Shown here one piece after another: positions 11,272 to 22,047 of a DNA stretch of 64,000 nucleotides (positions are counted from its first letter, which is position 1; each line of letters begins with the position of its first letter). This DNA comes from Anaeromyxobacter sp. GTDB taxonomy: Bacteria > Myxococcota > Myxococcia > Myxococcales > Anaeromyxobacteraceae. The stretch spans positions 448,001-512,000 of the forward strand of contig JASGJN010000017.1 of assembly GCA_049840735.1 (NCBI GenBank), written 5' to 3'. The notes beneath the pieces were generated by a model. It was not told where the DNA came from and ran no database searches. It saw nothing but the letters and a program-made list of their open reading frames with translations. Both the position numbers and the translations under genes were made by a program.

Positions 11272-12582
11272 TCAGCGACCGGCCGCGGCGGAGGCGCGGG
11301 ACGGGCGCGTCAGCGCCACCATCCCCAGCAGCAGCAGGATCCCCAGCCCGGTCATGGCGGCGTCGGCCGCCAGCAGCCCGCGCGCCGAGCCCAGCCCCCA
11401 CGCCCCGTCCAGCCGGCGGCCGAGCTGCCCCACCACGTAGGTGTCGTAGGTGATGGCCACGTTGAGCGAGGCGTTGAAGAGGGCGTACTTGGTGGCGGTC
11501 GCGGGCGAGTGGCCCACCAGCTCCAGCACCATCCCGGCCCAGGTGGCGAAGGCCAGCCCGCCGGCGAAGAGGTACGTGAACGTGCCCCACAGGTAGGTGA
11601 GCGGGGTCATGGGCGCCGCCAGCATGGCCAGCGCGCAGAGCGCGGTCAGCCCACCCGAGGTGGCGTAGGCCACCCGCCGGTTGATGCGGTCGGCGAGCAC
11701 GCCGCCCGCCAGCGCGCCCAGCGCCCCGGCCACCCCGCCGGCCGCGCCGTTGGCCAGCGAGACCAGCTCCTCGCCGGCGCCGTAGTCGGGCGCCAGCGCC
11801 GAGAAGAGGTTGGAGAGCACCTGGCAGCCGACCGGGGCCAGGCAGATGACGATGCCGGTGGCCCCCTCGCGGCTCACCACCGTCCGCCACAGGTCGCGCA
11901 GCATGTGCCCCAGGTGCTGCAGCGCCGCCTGCAGCCGCGCGCCGCCGGCGCGGGCCAGCCGGGCCGGCTCCACGATGCGGAGCGCCAGCAGCGCGCTCCC
12001 CGCCACCAACGCCGCCACCAGCAGCGCCGCGCCGCGCACCCCCAGGGCCCCCACCGTCCGGCCGCCGACCGCCACGCCGCTGGTGGCGAGCAGCATGAGC
12101 GCCGCCATCAGCCCGGTGAAGCCCACGTTGGAGGCCATGGCGAACCCGCCCACCTTGCCCTTGTCCTCGGGGCGGGTGGTGGTGGCCATGAGCGCGTTGT
12201 TGGCGGCGTGGCAGGTGGTGCCGACGGCCTGCAGGGCGGTGGCCAGCCAGCCGAAGAGCGCCACGTTGCCGAGCACGCCGGGCCAGGAGGCCAGCACCAG
12301 GAAGAGCGCCGCGGTCGCGGCGGCGGTGGCCAGGTACCAGCCCCGGCGCGTCCCCACGATGTCGAGCAGCGGGATCCAGAGCAGCTTGAGCGCGTGCGGC
12401 GAGCCCGACGCGGCCACCACGGTGGCGATCTGGGTGACGTCCAGGCCGCTCCGGCTGAGCCAGAACGGCATCACGATGGAGTAGAACCCCACCGCCGCGC
12501 CGAAGGGCACGTCCAGGAAGAGGAACATCCACGGCGGCGTGGGGACCGCCGGCGCCGCCGGGACCTGGGCGGCGCTAGCCAC
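11272..12582 (-). CDS. MFS transporter (AmpG-like)
   Basis: PHALKLLWIPLLD...RRGW and ATKYALFNA motifs, about 12 TM; overlaps the peptidase stop. Confidence 0.8.
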   Translation of the reverse strand: MASAAQVPAAPAVPTPPWMFLFLDVPFGAAVGFYSIVMPFWLSRSGLDVTQIATVVAASGSPHALKLLWIPLLDIVGTRRGWYLATAAATAALFLVLASWPGVLGNVALFGWLATALQAVGTTCHAANNALMATTTRPEDKGKVGGFAMASNVGFTGLMAALMLLATSGVAVGGRTVGALGVRGAALLVAALVAGSALLALRIVEPARLARAGGARLQAALQHLGHMLRDLWRTVVSREGATGIVICLAPVGCQVLSNLFSALAPDYGAGEELVSLANGAAGGVAGALGALAGGVLADRINRRVAYATSGGLTALCALAMLAAPMTPLTYLWGTFTYLFAGGLAFATWAGMVLELVGHSPATATKYALFNASLNVAITYDTYVVGQLGRRLDGAWGLGSARGLLAADAAMTGLGILLLLGMVALTRPSRASAAAGR

Positions 12583-15145
12583 GCCGCTGCAGCCAGGCCG
12601 AGACGGCCGCCAGGGTGCGCTCGCGCAGCGCCACGTCCTGGCGCAGCCGCTCCAGCGTCTGCGCGATGGCGGCCTTGGCCTCCTCCAGCGGGTGGGCCGC
12701 CAGGAAGGCCTCCACCTCCTCCAGCTGCCGCCGCTCCACCAGCGCCCCCAGCGCCTCCACCACCCGGCGGAGCAGCATGGGCGCCCCCTTGATGCGGGCG
12801 TGGAGCGGCTCCCAGTCGGCGCGCAGGCGCGACCAGGAGGCCGCGCGCGCCGTCCGGTTGCCCAGCAGCGCCGCCACGAAGGAGGCCACGTCCTGCAGCG
12901 GCAGCGCCTCGCCCGCCCAGACCAGGTCGATGCCGCGCGCCGCCAGGCCGGGGTCCTCGAAGGCCGCCAGCGCCAGCAGGTAGCGGCGGCGGAAGGCCGG
13001 GTCGGTCTCGGCCTTGAACCGCTCGCGCAGGGCCTCGAAGCGGGTGGCGTCGCCGCCGCGCGCCACCGCCGTCACCGCCGCGTCCTGCAGGTTGGGCTCG
13101 AGCGCGGCGCGGTCGCCGGCCAGCCACCGGTCGAGGCGCCCCGACGCCTCGGCCACCGTAGCCGGATCGCGCGCCACCAGGGCCAGGGCGCGCACCGCCG
13201 CGGCCCGGCGCAGCCGCACCGCGTCAGGCTCGCCCGCCGCCGCGTCCCAGCCGGTGGCGGCCAGCGACGGCGCGAACAGGCTCGCCACCAGGCGCTGCAG
13301 CGCCGGGCGGTCGGCCTCCGCGACCAGCCGGTGGTCCACCACCGCCAGGCGCGAGAGCAGCTCGTCCAGCACGGCGTGGTCCTCCTCGCCGGCGAAGGCG
13401 GCGCAGAGATCGAGGAAGGGGCCGATCCCGCGCGCCCCGCAGCGGACCAGCGCCCACTCGTCGGAGAGGAGCGCGATCCGCTCGGCCGGCGCCAGCGCCG
13501 GCAGGTGGCGCAGCAGCGCCTCGCGGCCGCTGGCGTCGTAGGCCACCCGGTAGAAGCCGGTGGCCCCGGCGTTGGCGCAGAGGAAGTCCGGGTCACCCTC
13601 CCCGACGATGGGCACCTCGGTGACGCGATCGCGCAGCAGCACGCGCTGCTCCACGATCCGCCCGCCCAGGCCGTAGCGCAGCACCATGGGGACCGGCCAG
13701 GTGGCGGCGTCCTGGGTCGCCGCGTCGGCCGGGTCGGAGAAGAAGCGGCGCTGCTCCAGGCGCAGCATCCCGCCGATGCGGGCCACGCTCACCAGCGGGA
13801 AGCCGGGCTGGCGGATCCAGGCGTTGGCCAGCTCCAGCACCGGCTCCTGCGAGCTGTCGCCCAGCGCGCCCCACAGGTCGTCGGCCACGGCGTTGGCGCG
13901 GGCGTGGCGGCGCATGTAGAGGCGGATGCCCTCGCGGAACCGCTCCTCGCCCAGGTAGCCCTCGATCATGCGGAGGACGGCGCCGCCCTTCTCGTAGGTG
14001 ATGAGGTCGAAGGCCTCGCCCGCCTCGGCCACGCTGCGGATCTCGGCGCGGATGGGGTGCGTGGAGCGGAGCGCGTCCAGCTGCAGCGCCCCCGCCTTGC
14101 CCTGGTCGAACTCCAGCCAGACCCGCCAGGCCGGGTTCCACTGGTCCACGATCTTGAACGCCATCCAGGTGGCGAAGGCCTCGTTGAGCCAGAGGTCGTC
14201 CCACCAGGACATGGTGACCCAGTTGCCGAACCACTGGTGGGCCAGCTCGTGCGTGATCACCTCGGCCACCCGCTTCTTCTGCGCCAGCGACGCGGTGGCG
14301 GGGTCGAGCAGCAGCGCGACCTCGCGGTAGGTCACCAGGCCGGCGTTCTCCATGGCGCCGGCCTCGAACTCGGGCAGGCCCACCTGGTCGAGCTTGCCGA
14401 ACGCGTACGGGACGCCGAAGTAGTCCTCCAGCCGCGGCAGCACCTCCACCGCCACGCCCTGGCCGAACCCGGTCAGGGGCAGCTTCTCCGGCGTGGTCCA
14501 GGTGCGGACCGGCACGCCGCGCACCGTGACGGGCGGGTGGGCGGCCAGGGGGCCCAGCGCCAGCGCGACGAGGTAGCTGGGCAGCGGCGGCGTCTCGGAG
14601 AAGGCCACCCGCCGGCGGCCCCCGGCGCGCGCCTCGGGCGCGGCCGGCGTCCCGTTCCCCAGCACCGTCACGCCGTCCGGCGCCTCCACCGCCACGCGCC
14701 AGGGGGCCTTGAAGCCGGGCTCGTCGAAGCAGGGGAAGACCCGGCGGGCGTCCGCCGCCTCGAACTGCGTGGCGGCGATCCCGCCGTGCGCGTCGTAGAG
14801 GCCGCGCAGCCCCTGGCAGAAGGGAGCGCGGAAGGCCAGCTCGATGGCGCCGCGCCCGGGCGGTAGCGGCGCGTCCAGGGACACCACCACGGTCTCGCTG
14901 GCCGCGACCGCGCGGAAGCCGGCCACGCCCACCGGGCCGCGCCCGTTCCGCACCGAGACCGCCTCGATCTGCAGCTCGGCGGCGTGCAGCACCAGCTCCG
15001 CCGCCGGCTCCGCCAGCGTCAGGTCGATCCGGATCCGGCCGCTGAACTGCTTCCCGTCCAGGTCTATGGACAGCTCGGCGTCGTAGGCGGCCGGGCGGAT
15101 GGCCGGGCTGAGGCGGAAGGTCCGATCGTCGGTCGGGTGGGCCAT
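12575..15145 (-). CDS. pepN: M1-family aminopeptidase with ERAP1-like C-terminal domain
   Basis: GAMEN, HELAHQWFGN...WLNEAFA (HEXXH-X18-E), YEKG. Confidence 0.93.
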   Translation of the reverse strand: MAHPTDDRTFRLSPAIRPAAYDAELSIDLDGKQFSGRIRIDLTLAEPAAELVLHAAELQIEAVSVRNGRGPVGVAGFRAVAASETVVVSLDAPLPPGRGAIELAFRAPFCQGLRGLYDAHGGIAATQFEAADARRVFPCFDEPGFKAPWRVAVEAPDGVTVLGNGTPAAPEARAGGRRRVAFSETPPLPSYLVALALGPLAAHPPVTVRGVPVRTWTTPEKLPLTGFGQGVAVEVLPRLEDYFGVPYAFGKLDQVGLPEFEAGAMENAGLVTYREVALLLDPATASLAQKKRVAEVITHELAHQWFGNWVTMSWWDDLWLNEAFATWMAFKIVDQWNPAWRVWLEFDQGKAGALQLDALRSTHPIRAEIRSVAEAGEAFDLITYEKGGAVLRMIEGYLGEERFREGIRLYMRRHARANAVADDLWGALGDSSQEPVLELANAWIRQPGFPLVSVARIGGMLRLEQRRFFSDPADAATQDAATWPVPMVLRYGLGGRIVEQRVLLRDRVTEVPIVGEGDPDFLCANAGATGFYRVAYDASGREALLRHLPALAPAERIALLSDEWALVRCGARGIGPFLDLCAAFAGEEDHAVLDELLSRLAVVDHRLVAEADRPALQRLVASLFAPSLAATGWDAAAGEPDAVRLRRAAAVRALALVARDPATVAEASGRLDRWLAGDRAALEPNLQDAAVTAVARGGDATRFEALRERFKAETDPAFRRRYLLALAAFEDPGLAARGIDLVWAGEALPLQDVASFVAALLGNRTARAASWSRLRADWEPLHARIKGAPMLLRRVVEALGALVERRQLEEVEAFLAAHPLEEAKAAIAQTLERLRQDVALRERTLAAVSAWLQRRG

Positions 15146-15640
15146 GTGCTCGCTCCAGGCGTGTCAGGCGAAGCAGGGAGAATGCGCGCGGGGTGCGGGG
15201 CGGGGCAACGACAAGTTCCGTCGCCGCCCCGAGCGGAGAGGCGGGCCGGGGCATTCACCCAACGTCACGAGCCATGCGCTCCGGGCCGGCGCCGGCCGCC
15301 GGCCGTGCGCCCGGGCGAGCGCCCCTCGCTGCCCCTTCGCCCAGCGGGCTGGGCCTTCGCGGCTCCCCTCGGTTGGCGTCCCTGGTGGGCAGCAAGCGTT
15401 CGCTGACCAGGGCATCCCAGGGGCCTCTGCTCGAGCGCCTCACTCCCCGAATGCGGTGCAATGTCGCAGCGTTGCGCGCGCTCCAGCCCGCTGTGCGCTC
15501 CCTCCTCCGGTGTGCCCCTCCAAGTCCGCGTACCCTCTGGGGCATTCTAGTTGGCAAGACGCAGCGCGTTGCATTGATTAGAGAATCGGCCGACACGTCG
15601 CCGCAGCCCAAGAGAGCGTGCGGCCGGGAGCGAGGGCGCC

Positions 15641-17569
15641 ATGACCGATGCCGTGCAGCACACCGACGAGATCCAGCGTTCGCGCGAGGTGGCGGAGGCC
15701 GCGCGTGAGGCCGAGTGGCAGGGCGCTGGCTTCCTCAGGGACCTGTTCCTGGGGAGGTTCCGCCTGAACCTCATCCACCCCTTCCCGCTCACCACCGCCG
15801 AGCGGCCCGAGTTCACCCGCTGGTACCGCGAGTTCGAGGCGTTCCTGCGCGAGAAGGTGGACCCGGTCAAGATCGACCAGACCGGCGAGTACGGCGACGA
15901 CGTGCTCGACGGCCTGCGCAAGCTGGGCGCCTTCGGGATGAAGATCGGCACCGAGTACGGCGGCCTCGGCTTCAGCCAGGTCGAGTACGGCAAGGTGATG
16001 CAGCTGCTCGGCTCCTACGACGCGAACCTCACCGCCCTGCTCTCCGCGCACCAGTCGATCGGCGTCCCCCAGCCGCTCAAGATCTTCGGCACCGAGGAGC
16101 AGAAGAAGAAGTACCTGCCCCGCCTCGCCAAGGGCGCCATCAGCGCCTTCGCGCTCACCGAGGTGGTGGTGGGCTCGGACCCCGCCCGCGTCTCCACCAC
16201 CGCCGAGCTCACGCCCGACGGCAAGCACTACCTGCTCAACGGCAGCAAGCTCTGGTGCACCAACGGCACCATCGCCGAGCTGCTGGTGGTCATGGCCCGC
16301 AACCCCAAGACCAACGGCATCAGCGCCTTCGTGGTCGAGACCAGCTGGCCGGGCGTCGAGGTGGTGCACCACTGCCGGTTCATGGGCCTGCGCGCCATCT
16401 CCAACGCCGTGCTCCGCTTCACCGACGTGAAGGTCCCGGCCGAGAACCTGATCGGCCAGGAGGGGCGCGGCCTCAAGATCGCCCTCACCACCCTCAACGC
16501 CGGCCGGCTCTCCATCCCGGCGGCGGTGGTGGGCGGCTCCAAGAACGCGCTGGAGCTGGTGCGCAAGTGGTCCAACGCCCGCTCGCAGTGGGGCCAGGAG
16601 ATCGGCAAGCACGAGGCCATCACCCACAAGCTGGCCGAGATCGCCACCACCGTCTACGCGATGGAGTCGGTCTCCGACCTGGCCCAGTGGATGGCGGATC
16701 GCAAGGGCTACGACATCCGGCTCGAGGCGGCCGCGGCCAAGGAGTGGAACACCACCCGCACCTGGCACATCCTCGACGAGACCATGCAGATCCGCGGCGG
16801 CCGCGGCTACGAGCGCGAGACCTCGGCCGAGGCGCGCGGCGAGGCCGGCGTGGGCGTCGAGCGCTGGATGCGCGACTGCCGCATCAACACCATCTTCGAG
16901 GGCTCCTCGGAGATCATGCACCTGTTCATGGCCCGCGAGGCGGTGGACAAGCACCTCAAGGTGGCCGGGGCGCTCATCGATCCCAAGGTGCCGGTGGGCA
17001 AGAAGCTGGCGGCGCTCCCCAAGGTCGCGGCCTTCTACGCCACCTGGTACCCGGGGCTCTGGCTGCGCGGGATCTTCGCGCCGCGCTACGGCGGCTTCGG
17101 CCGCCTCGCGAGGCACCTCCGCTTCGTGGAGCGCTCCTCCCGCAAGCTGGCCCGGCAGATCTTCCACGCCATGGTCCGCTTCGGCCCCGCCACCGAGCGG
17201 CGCCAGGCCTTCCTGTTCCGCGTGGTGGACGTCGCCAACGAGCTGATGGCCATGGCCGCCAGCCTGTCCCGCGCCGCCGCCCTGCAGCAGGCCGGCAAGC
17301 CCGAGGCGGCCAGCGCCGTGGCGCTGGCGGAGGCCTTCTCGGTCGTGACGCGCCGCAAGGTCAACGGCCTCTTCAAGGCGCTGTGGGCCAACGACGACAC
17401 CGCCGCCTACGCCGCCGGCCGGGACGTCCTGGCCGGCCGGCACGAGTGGCTGGAGCAGGGCGGCATCCCGCTGGGCGTCACCATCGACGACCTGCGGCCC
17501 AAGCTGCCGCCGCGCCCGGCGCCGGTGGAGGAGCGCGCCCCGGCGCCCCGCACCGCCCCGGTGGCCTGA
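15641..17569 (+). CDS. Long acyl-CoA dehydrogenase (ACADVL-like)
   Basis: AFALTE..GSD, NGSKLWCTNG, TLNAGR, QIRGGRGY, IFEGSSEI. Confidence 0.93.
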   Translation: MTDAVQHTDEIQRSREVAEAAREAEWQGAGFLRDLFLGRFRLNLIHPFPLTTAERPEFTRWYREFEAFLREKVDPVKIDQTGEYGDDVLDGLRKLGAFGMKIGTEYGGLGFSQVEYGKVMQLLGSYDANLTALLSAHQSIGVPQPLKIFGTEEQKKKYLPRLAKGAISAFALTEVVVGSDPARVSTTAELTPDGKHYLLNGSKLWCTNGTIAELLVVMARNPKTNGISAFVVETSWPGVEVVHHCRFMGLRAISNAVLRFTDVKVPAENLIGQEGRGLKIALTTLNAGRLSIPAAVVGGSKNALELVRKWSNARSQWGQEIGKHEAITHKLAEIATTVYAMESVSDLAQWMADRKGYDIRLEAAAAKEWNTTRTWHILDETMQIRGGRGYERETSAEARGEAGVGVERWMRDCRINTIFEGSSEIMHLFMAREAVDKHLKVAGALIDPKVPVGKKLAALPKVAAFYATWYPGLWLRGIFAPRYGGFGRLARHLRFVERSSRKLARQIFHAMVRFGPATERRQAFLFRVVDVANELMAMAASLSRAAALQQAGKPEAASAVALAEAFSVVTRRKVNGLFKALWANDDTAAYAAGRDVLAGRHEWLEQGGIPLGVTIDDLRPKLPPRPAPVEERAPAPRTAPVA

Positions 17570-17687
17570 GCCACGTCGGGCCCCGGTCCGGCTGCACCCG
17601 CGGCCCCTCCCGCCCCCGTGGCGGCGAGGGGCCGTCCCACGCTGCGTGGCTCTCGCCAGGCCGGCGGGCCGGGTACACTCGCCCCGG

Positions 17688-19580
17688 ATGCTCGCCTCGC
17701 TCCTCTCCCTGGTCGCCGCCGCGCTGGCCGCCTACGTCGCCCTGCTGGCGCACCGGTTCAGCCGGGCCCCGTCGCTGGCAGATCAGGGCTGGTTCGCGCG
17801 CATCGCCCTGACCGCGGCCGGCTACGCGGCGTGCAACGTGGTGACCACCTCCCCCGCCGCCCCGGACCTGTGGGTGGCGGTCTTCTCCCGGGTCCAGTTC
17901 GTGCTGGCCGGGTTCCACGTGGCGGCCTGGATCCGCTACGTCGGCGATCACACGCACCGCGCCTCGCGGCTCGACCGCCCGGCCACGCTGACGCTCCGGG
18001 CGCTGGGGCTGGCCGCGCTCGTCCCCGGCCTGGCGGTGGGCGAGCGGGTCGTCACCTACCGGTTCGAGCCGTTCGGCTCGACCTACCACGGCGGCGACGT
18101 CACCTGGCTGGGCCTGGTCTGCCTGGTGGCCTTCCACGCCGGCCTGGCGTGGGTGGGCGTCCGGCTGGCGCTGGCCTGGCGGCGCGGCGTGCGCCATGCG
18201 CGGGTGCTGGCCATCTCGGTCGGGCTGCTCCTGGCCATGGGCGCGCACGACGCGCTGGTCTTCTCCGGCGCCTACCACGGCCCCTACCTGCTCGACATGG
18301 GCATGCTCTTCCCCATCGCCGCCGGCGCCTACGCGCTGGGGGCGCAGGTGGTGGAGGACGCCCGCGCGCTGGCCGGGCTGCGCCAGGGCCTGGAGCTGCA
18401 GGTCCAGGAGCGGACCGCGGCGCTGGCGCGGAGCGAGGAGGCCCGGCTGCGGATGGAGAAGCTGGCCGCCCTGGGCCAGCTCTCGGCCGGCGTGGCCCAC
18501 GAGGTGAACAACCCCGCCGCCGTGCTGGCCGCCAACCTGCGCTACCTGCGCGAGGCGCTGGGCGAGGGGCAGCCGGCCGGGGCCGAGGCGCTGGAGTGCG
18601 TGCGGGAGGCGCAGGGCGCGGTGGAGCGGATCGCCCACATGGTGCGGCAGCTGCTCGACGCCAGCCGGATGGCCGCGGCCGCCGAGAAGCCGGCCCACCC
18701 GGTCGAGCTGGGCCACGCCGCCAGGGAGGCCTTGCGCATCGCCCGGGCCCGCGCGCCGGCCCAGGTCACCCTCACCAGCCAGGTGCCGGCGGGGCTGGTG
18801 GCGCTGGCGCACGAGCCGATGGTGGTGCAGGTGCTGATCAACCTGGCGGTGAACGGCGCGCAGGCCGTGCCTCCCGGCCGGACCGGCCACGTGACCATCG
18901 ACGCCGCGCGCTCGGGCGACGTGCTGCGGGTGCTGGTGGAGGACGACGGCACCGGCATGGACCCGGACGTCCTGCGGCGCGTCTTCGAGCCGTTCTTCAG
19001 CACCAAGCCGCCGGGCGTCGGCACCGGGCTGGGGCTGGCCGTGTCGCGCGGCCTGGTGCAGGCCATGGGCGGCGACCTCCGGCTGGAGAGCGCCCCCGGG
19101 CTGGGCACGCGGGCGGTGGTGGAGCTCCCGGCCGCCAGCGGCGAGACCGCCCTGCCCCCCTCGCCGGAGCCGGACCGGCCCCGCGGCCCGCCCCGCTCGC
19201 TGCTGGTGGTGGACGACGACCCCGGCGTGCGCACCGCGCTGGCGCGGGTCCTCGCCGAGCGCTACGCGGTCACCCTGGCCGCCGGCACGGACGAGGGGAT
19301 CGCGCTGGCGCGCACCGGCCGCTTCGACCTGGTCCTCTGCGACGTGATGATGCGGGACGGCGGGGCGGAGCGGATGGCGGCGGCGCTGGACCGCGAGGCG
19401 CCCGACGCCGGGCGGCGCATGGTGCTCTTCACCGGCGGCGCCACCAGCGCCGCGGCCCGCGCCTTCCTGGCCGGGGACCGCCGCCCGCTGCTCTACAAGC
19501 CGCTCGACCTCGAGGCCCTGGCGCGGATCGCCGAGGCGCTGCCGCGCGCCGCGGAGGGGCCGCCGCCGCAGCTCCCGTGA
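17688..19580 (+). CDS. Membrane-bound hybrid sensor histidine kinase with C-terminal receiver
   Basis: Multi-TM N-terminus, GVAHEVNNP H-box, N/G1/F/G2 boxes (DDGTGM, PFFSTK, GTGLGL), REC (VVDDD, CDVMM, KP). Confidence 0.9.
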   Translation: MLASLLSLVAAALAAYVALLAHRFSRAPSLADQGWFARIALTAAGYAACNVVTTSPAAPDLWVAVFSRVQFVLAGFHVAAWIRYVGDHTHRASRLDRPATLTLRALGLAALVPGLAVGERVVTYRFEPFGSTYHGGDVTWLGLVCLVAFHAGLAWVGVRLALAWRRGVRHARVLAISVGLLLAMGAHDALVFSGAYHGPYLLDMGMLFPIAAGAYALGAQVVEDARALAGLRQGLELQVQERTAALARSEEARLRMEKLAALGQLSAGVAHEVNNPAAVLAANLRYLREALGEGQPAGAEALECVREAQGAVERIAHMVRQLLDASRMAAAAEKPAHPVELGHAAREALRIARARAPAQVTLTSQVPAGLVALAHEPMVVQVLINLAVNGAQAVPPGRTGHVTIDAARSGDVLRVLVEDDGTGMDPDVLRRVFEPFFSTKPPGVGTGLGLAVSRGLVQAMGGDLRLESAPGLGTRAVVELPAASGETALPPSPEPDRPRGPPRSLLVVDDDPGVRTALARVLAERYAVTLAAGTDEGIALARTGRFDLVLCDVMMRDGGAERMAAALDREAPDAGRRMVLFTGGATSAAARAFLAGDRRPLLYKPLDLEALARIAEALPRAAEGPPPQLP

Positions 19581-19608
19581 CCCCCCATCACGCAGGCCCG
19601 ATCCGGAT

Positions 19609-20583
19609 TCAGCCGGCGCGCCGGTAGAGTCGCAGCGAGAACCAGGCGCGGGCGTCGCTCCAGCTCCGCTCCGGGCGCCACCCGCCGATGGCCGCCAGCG
19701 CGTCGAAGGCGCGCGGCTCCCACTTGTACGCGCTCTCGGTGTGGAGGGTCTCGCCCTGCCGGAAGGCGAAGCGCAGCCCGCCCACGGTCACCGCCTGCGG
19801 CTCCAGGCTCTCGAGGTGCATCTCCACGCGGCCGCAGCGCTCGTTCCAGAGGGACCGGTGGCGGAAGCCGGAGAGCCTGAAGTCCGCGCCCAGCTCGCGG
19901 TTCAGGCGCGCCAGCAGGTTGAGGTCGAAGGCGGCGGTGACCCCGCGCGCGTCGTCGTAGGCCGCCTCCAGCGTGACCCGGTCCTTGGGGTGATCCACGC
20001 CGATCAGGAGCCCGCCGTCCGGGCCGGCCTCCACGGCCATCTTGCGCAGGAGCGCCACCGCCTCCGGCGGGTCGAAGTTGCCGATGGTGGAGCCGGGGAA
20101 GAAGGCCAGCCGGCGCGAGGGATCGCCGGGGGTGGCCGGCAGCTCGACGCCGTTGGTGAAGTCCCCCACCACCGGCCGCACCGGCAGGCGGGGGAAGCGG
20201 GCCCGCAGCGCCTCGGCCGCGGCCAGCACCGCCTCCGGGGAGATGTCCACCGGCAGGTAGGCGGCGGGCGCCTCCAGCGCGGCCAGCAGGCGCGCGGTCT
20301 TGCGGGCCGAGCCGGCGCCGAACTCGAACACCTCCACGCGCGGGCCGACCGCCGCGGCAATCTCCTGCACGTGGGCCTCGAGGATGGCCCGCTCCGTGCG
20401 CGCCGGGTAGTACTCCGGCTGCTCGCAGATCAGCTCGTACAGCGCCGAGCCGCGCGCGTCGTAGAGCCACTTGGGCGAGAGCGCCTTGCGCGGCGCCGAG
20501 AGCCCCCGCAGCACCTCGTCCAGGAGGCCGCCCGCCCCCGCGGCCAGCCCCGCGCCGCGCTCCGCCTCGCCCGCCTGCATCAT
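19609..20583 (-). CDS. egtD: L-histidine N-alpha-methyltransferase
   Basis: PKWLYDARGS.LYE.IC..PEYY, EFGAGS..KT, PGSTIGNF, AYDDARGVTAAF, HTESAYK. Confidence 0.92.
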   Translation of the reverse strand: MMQAGEAERGAGLAAGAGGLLDEVLRGLSAPRKALSPKWLYDARGSALYELICEQPEYYPARTERAILEAHVQEIAAAVGPRVEVFEFGAGSARKTARLLAALEAPAAYLPVDISPEAVLAAAEALRARFPRLPVRPVVGDFTNGVELPATPGDPSRRLAFFPGSTIGNFDPPEAVALLRKMAVEAGPDGGLLIGVDHPKDRVTLEAAYDDARGVTAAFDLNLLARLNRELGADFRLSGFRHRSLWNERCGRVEMHLESLEPQAVTVGGLRFAFRQGETLHTESAYKWEPRAFDALAAIGGWRPERSWSDARAWFSLRLYRRAG

Positions 20584-21877
20584 GGGTCCCTCGCCAGCCG
20601 CACGCCGGTGAGCTGCCACCGGGCGTCCGGGTAGAAGAAGTTGCGGTAGCTGGGGCGCGCGTGGCGCCGCGGCGTGACGCACGAGGCGCCGCGCAGCACC
20701 AGCTGGCTCACCATGAACTTGCCGTTGTACTCGCCCAGCGCGCCGGCCAGCGGCCGGAAGCCGGGGTACGGGGCGTAGCCGCTGGCGGTCCACTGCCAGA
20801 CCTCGCCCGCCAGCTGGCGCGCGCCGGGCCCGGGCGCGGCCGCGGCCGGGTGGTGGCGCCCGGTCTCGGCGAAGCCGCCGTCGCCGCCCGGGCTGGCCGC
20901 CGCCAGCGCCTCCCACTCCGCCTCGGTGGGCAGCCGCGCCCCGCTCCAGCGCGCGAAGGCGTCCGCCTCGAACCAGGAGACGTGCGCCACCGGCTCGGCG
21001 GGATCGAGCGGCCGGAGGCCGCCCAGCGTGAACTGCTGCCACCCGCCGCCGTCGCGCTCCCAGTGGAGCGGCGCCGCCCAGCCCTGCCGCTGCGCCGCCG
21101 CCCAGCCGTCGGACATCCACAGCTCCGGCCGCCGGTACCCGCCGTCGGCCATGAAGGCCAGCCACTCGCCGCAGGTGGCCGGGCGGGAGGCCAGGGCGTG
21201 CGGGGCCAGCAGCACCGGGTGGCGCGGCCGCTCGTTGTCGAAGGCGAAGCCCTGGGGCGGCGCGCCCAGCTCGGCCCGCCCCATCCCGCTCCAGCCAGGC
21301 CAGCGACGGCGCCGGCGCTCCGGCCGGCGGCGGGGGCGCGGGGTGGTAACCGGGGCGGAGCGGGTTTCGCGAGAGCGCGTGCTTGAGATCGGTGAGGAGG
21401 AGCTCCTGGTGCTGCTCCTCGTGCGCCAGCCCCAGCTCCACCACGTCCAGCAGCACCGCGTCGAGCCCGGCCTCGAGCTGCTCCAGCAGCCGCGCCTCCA
21501 CCTCGCTCCGGTAGCGGCGCACCTCCTCCAGCGACGGCCGGGTCAGGAGGCCGCGCTCCGGCCGCGGCTGCCGCGGGCCGGCCGCCTCGTAGTAGGAGTT
21601 GAACAGGAAGGCGAAGGCGGGGTGGAACGGGGGGCGCGACGGCTCGGCCCGGGCGCAGCACGAAGGCCTCGAAGAACCAGGTGGTGTGCCCGAGGTGCCA
21701 CTTGGCCGGGCTGGCGTCGGGCATCGACTGGACCTGCGCGTCCTCCGGCGAGAGCGGGGCGGCCAGCGCGGCGGTGGCGGCCCGGACCTCGAGGAAGCGC
21801 GCCCGGAGCCCGGCCCGGCGCGCGCGGGCAGGCCCGTCGTCTTCCCCTCCGTTGCGGCGGGCTGGCGGCGGCGGCAC
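20580..21877 (-). CDS. egtB: Ergothioneine sulfoxide synthase; frameshifts near 21650 and 21290
   Basis: [49 protein letters not shown], and an FGE-like C-terminus ([16 protein letters not shown]) spread over three frames. Confidence 0.88.
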
Positions 21878-22047
21878 GCGTTCAAGCTCCGCACCCTTCC
21901 CCCGACCGTCAACGCGGATCGCCCCCTCCCGGCGCCGCCCAGCGGGGGTGCCCAGCGCCGGGGTGAGCCCGGCCGGGCCGCGCCTGGACGCCCTGCGTCG
22001 CGGTCATGCGAGCGTCCGGACAGCCCCCGCGGTACTCTCGCGTACGA

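Noticed and set aside
15541..15580. sigma-54 promoter before the acyl-CoA dehydrogenase (TTGGCA...TTGCA)
   Set aside because: Spacing does not fit GG-N10-GC.
20580..21877. Selenoneine synthase SenA
   Set aside because: No senB or selD-like senC adjacent; it is paired with egtD only.
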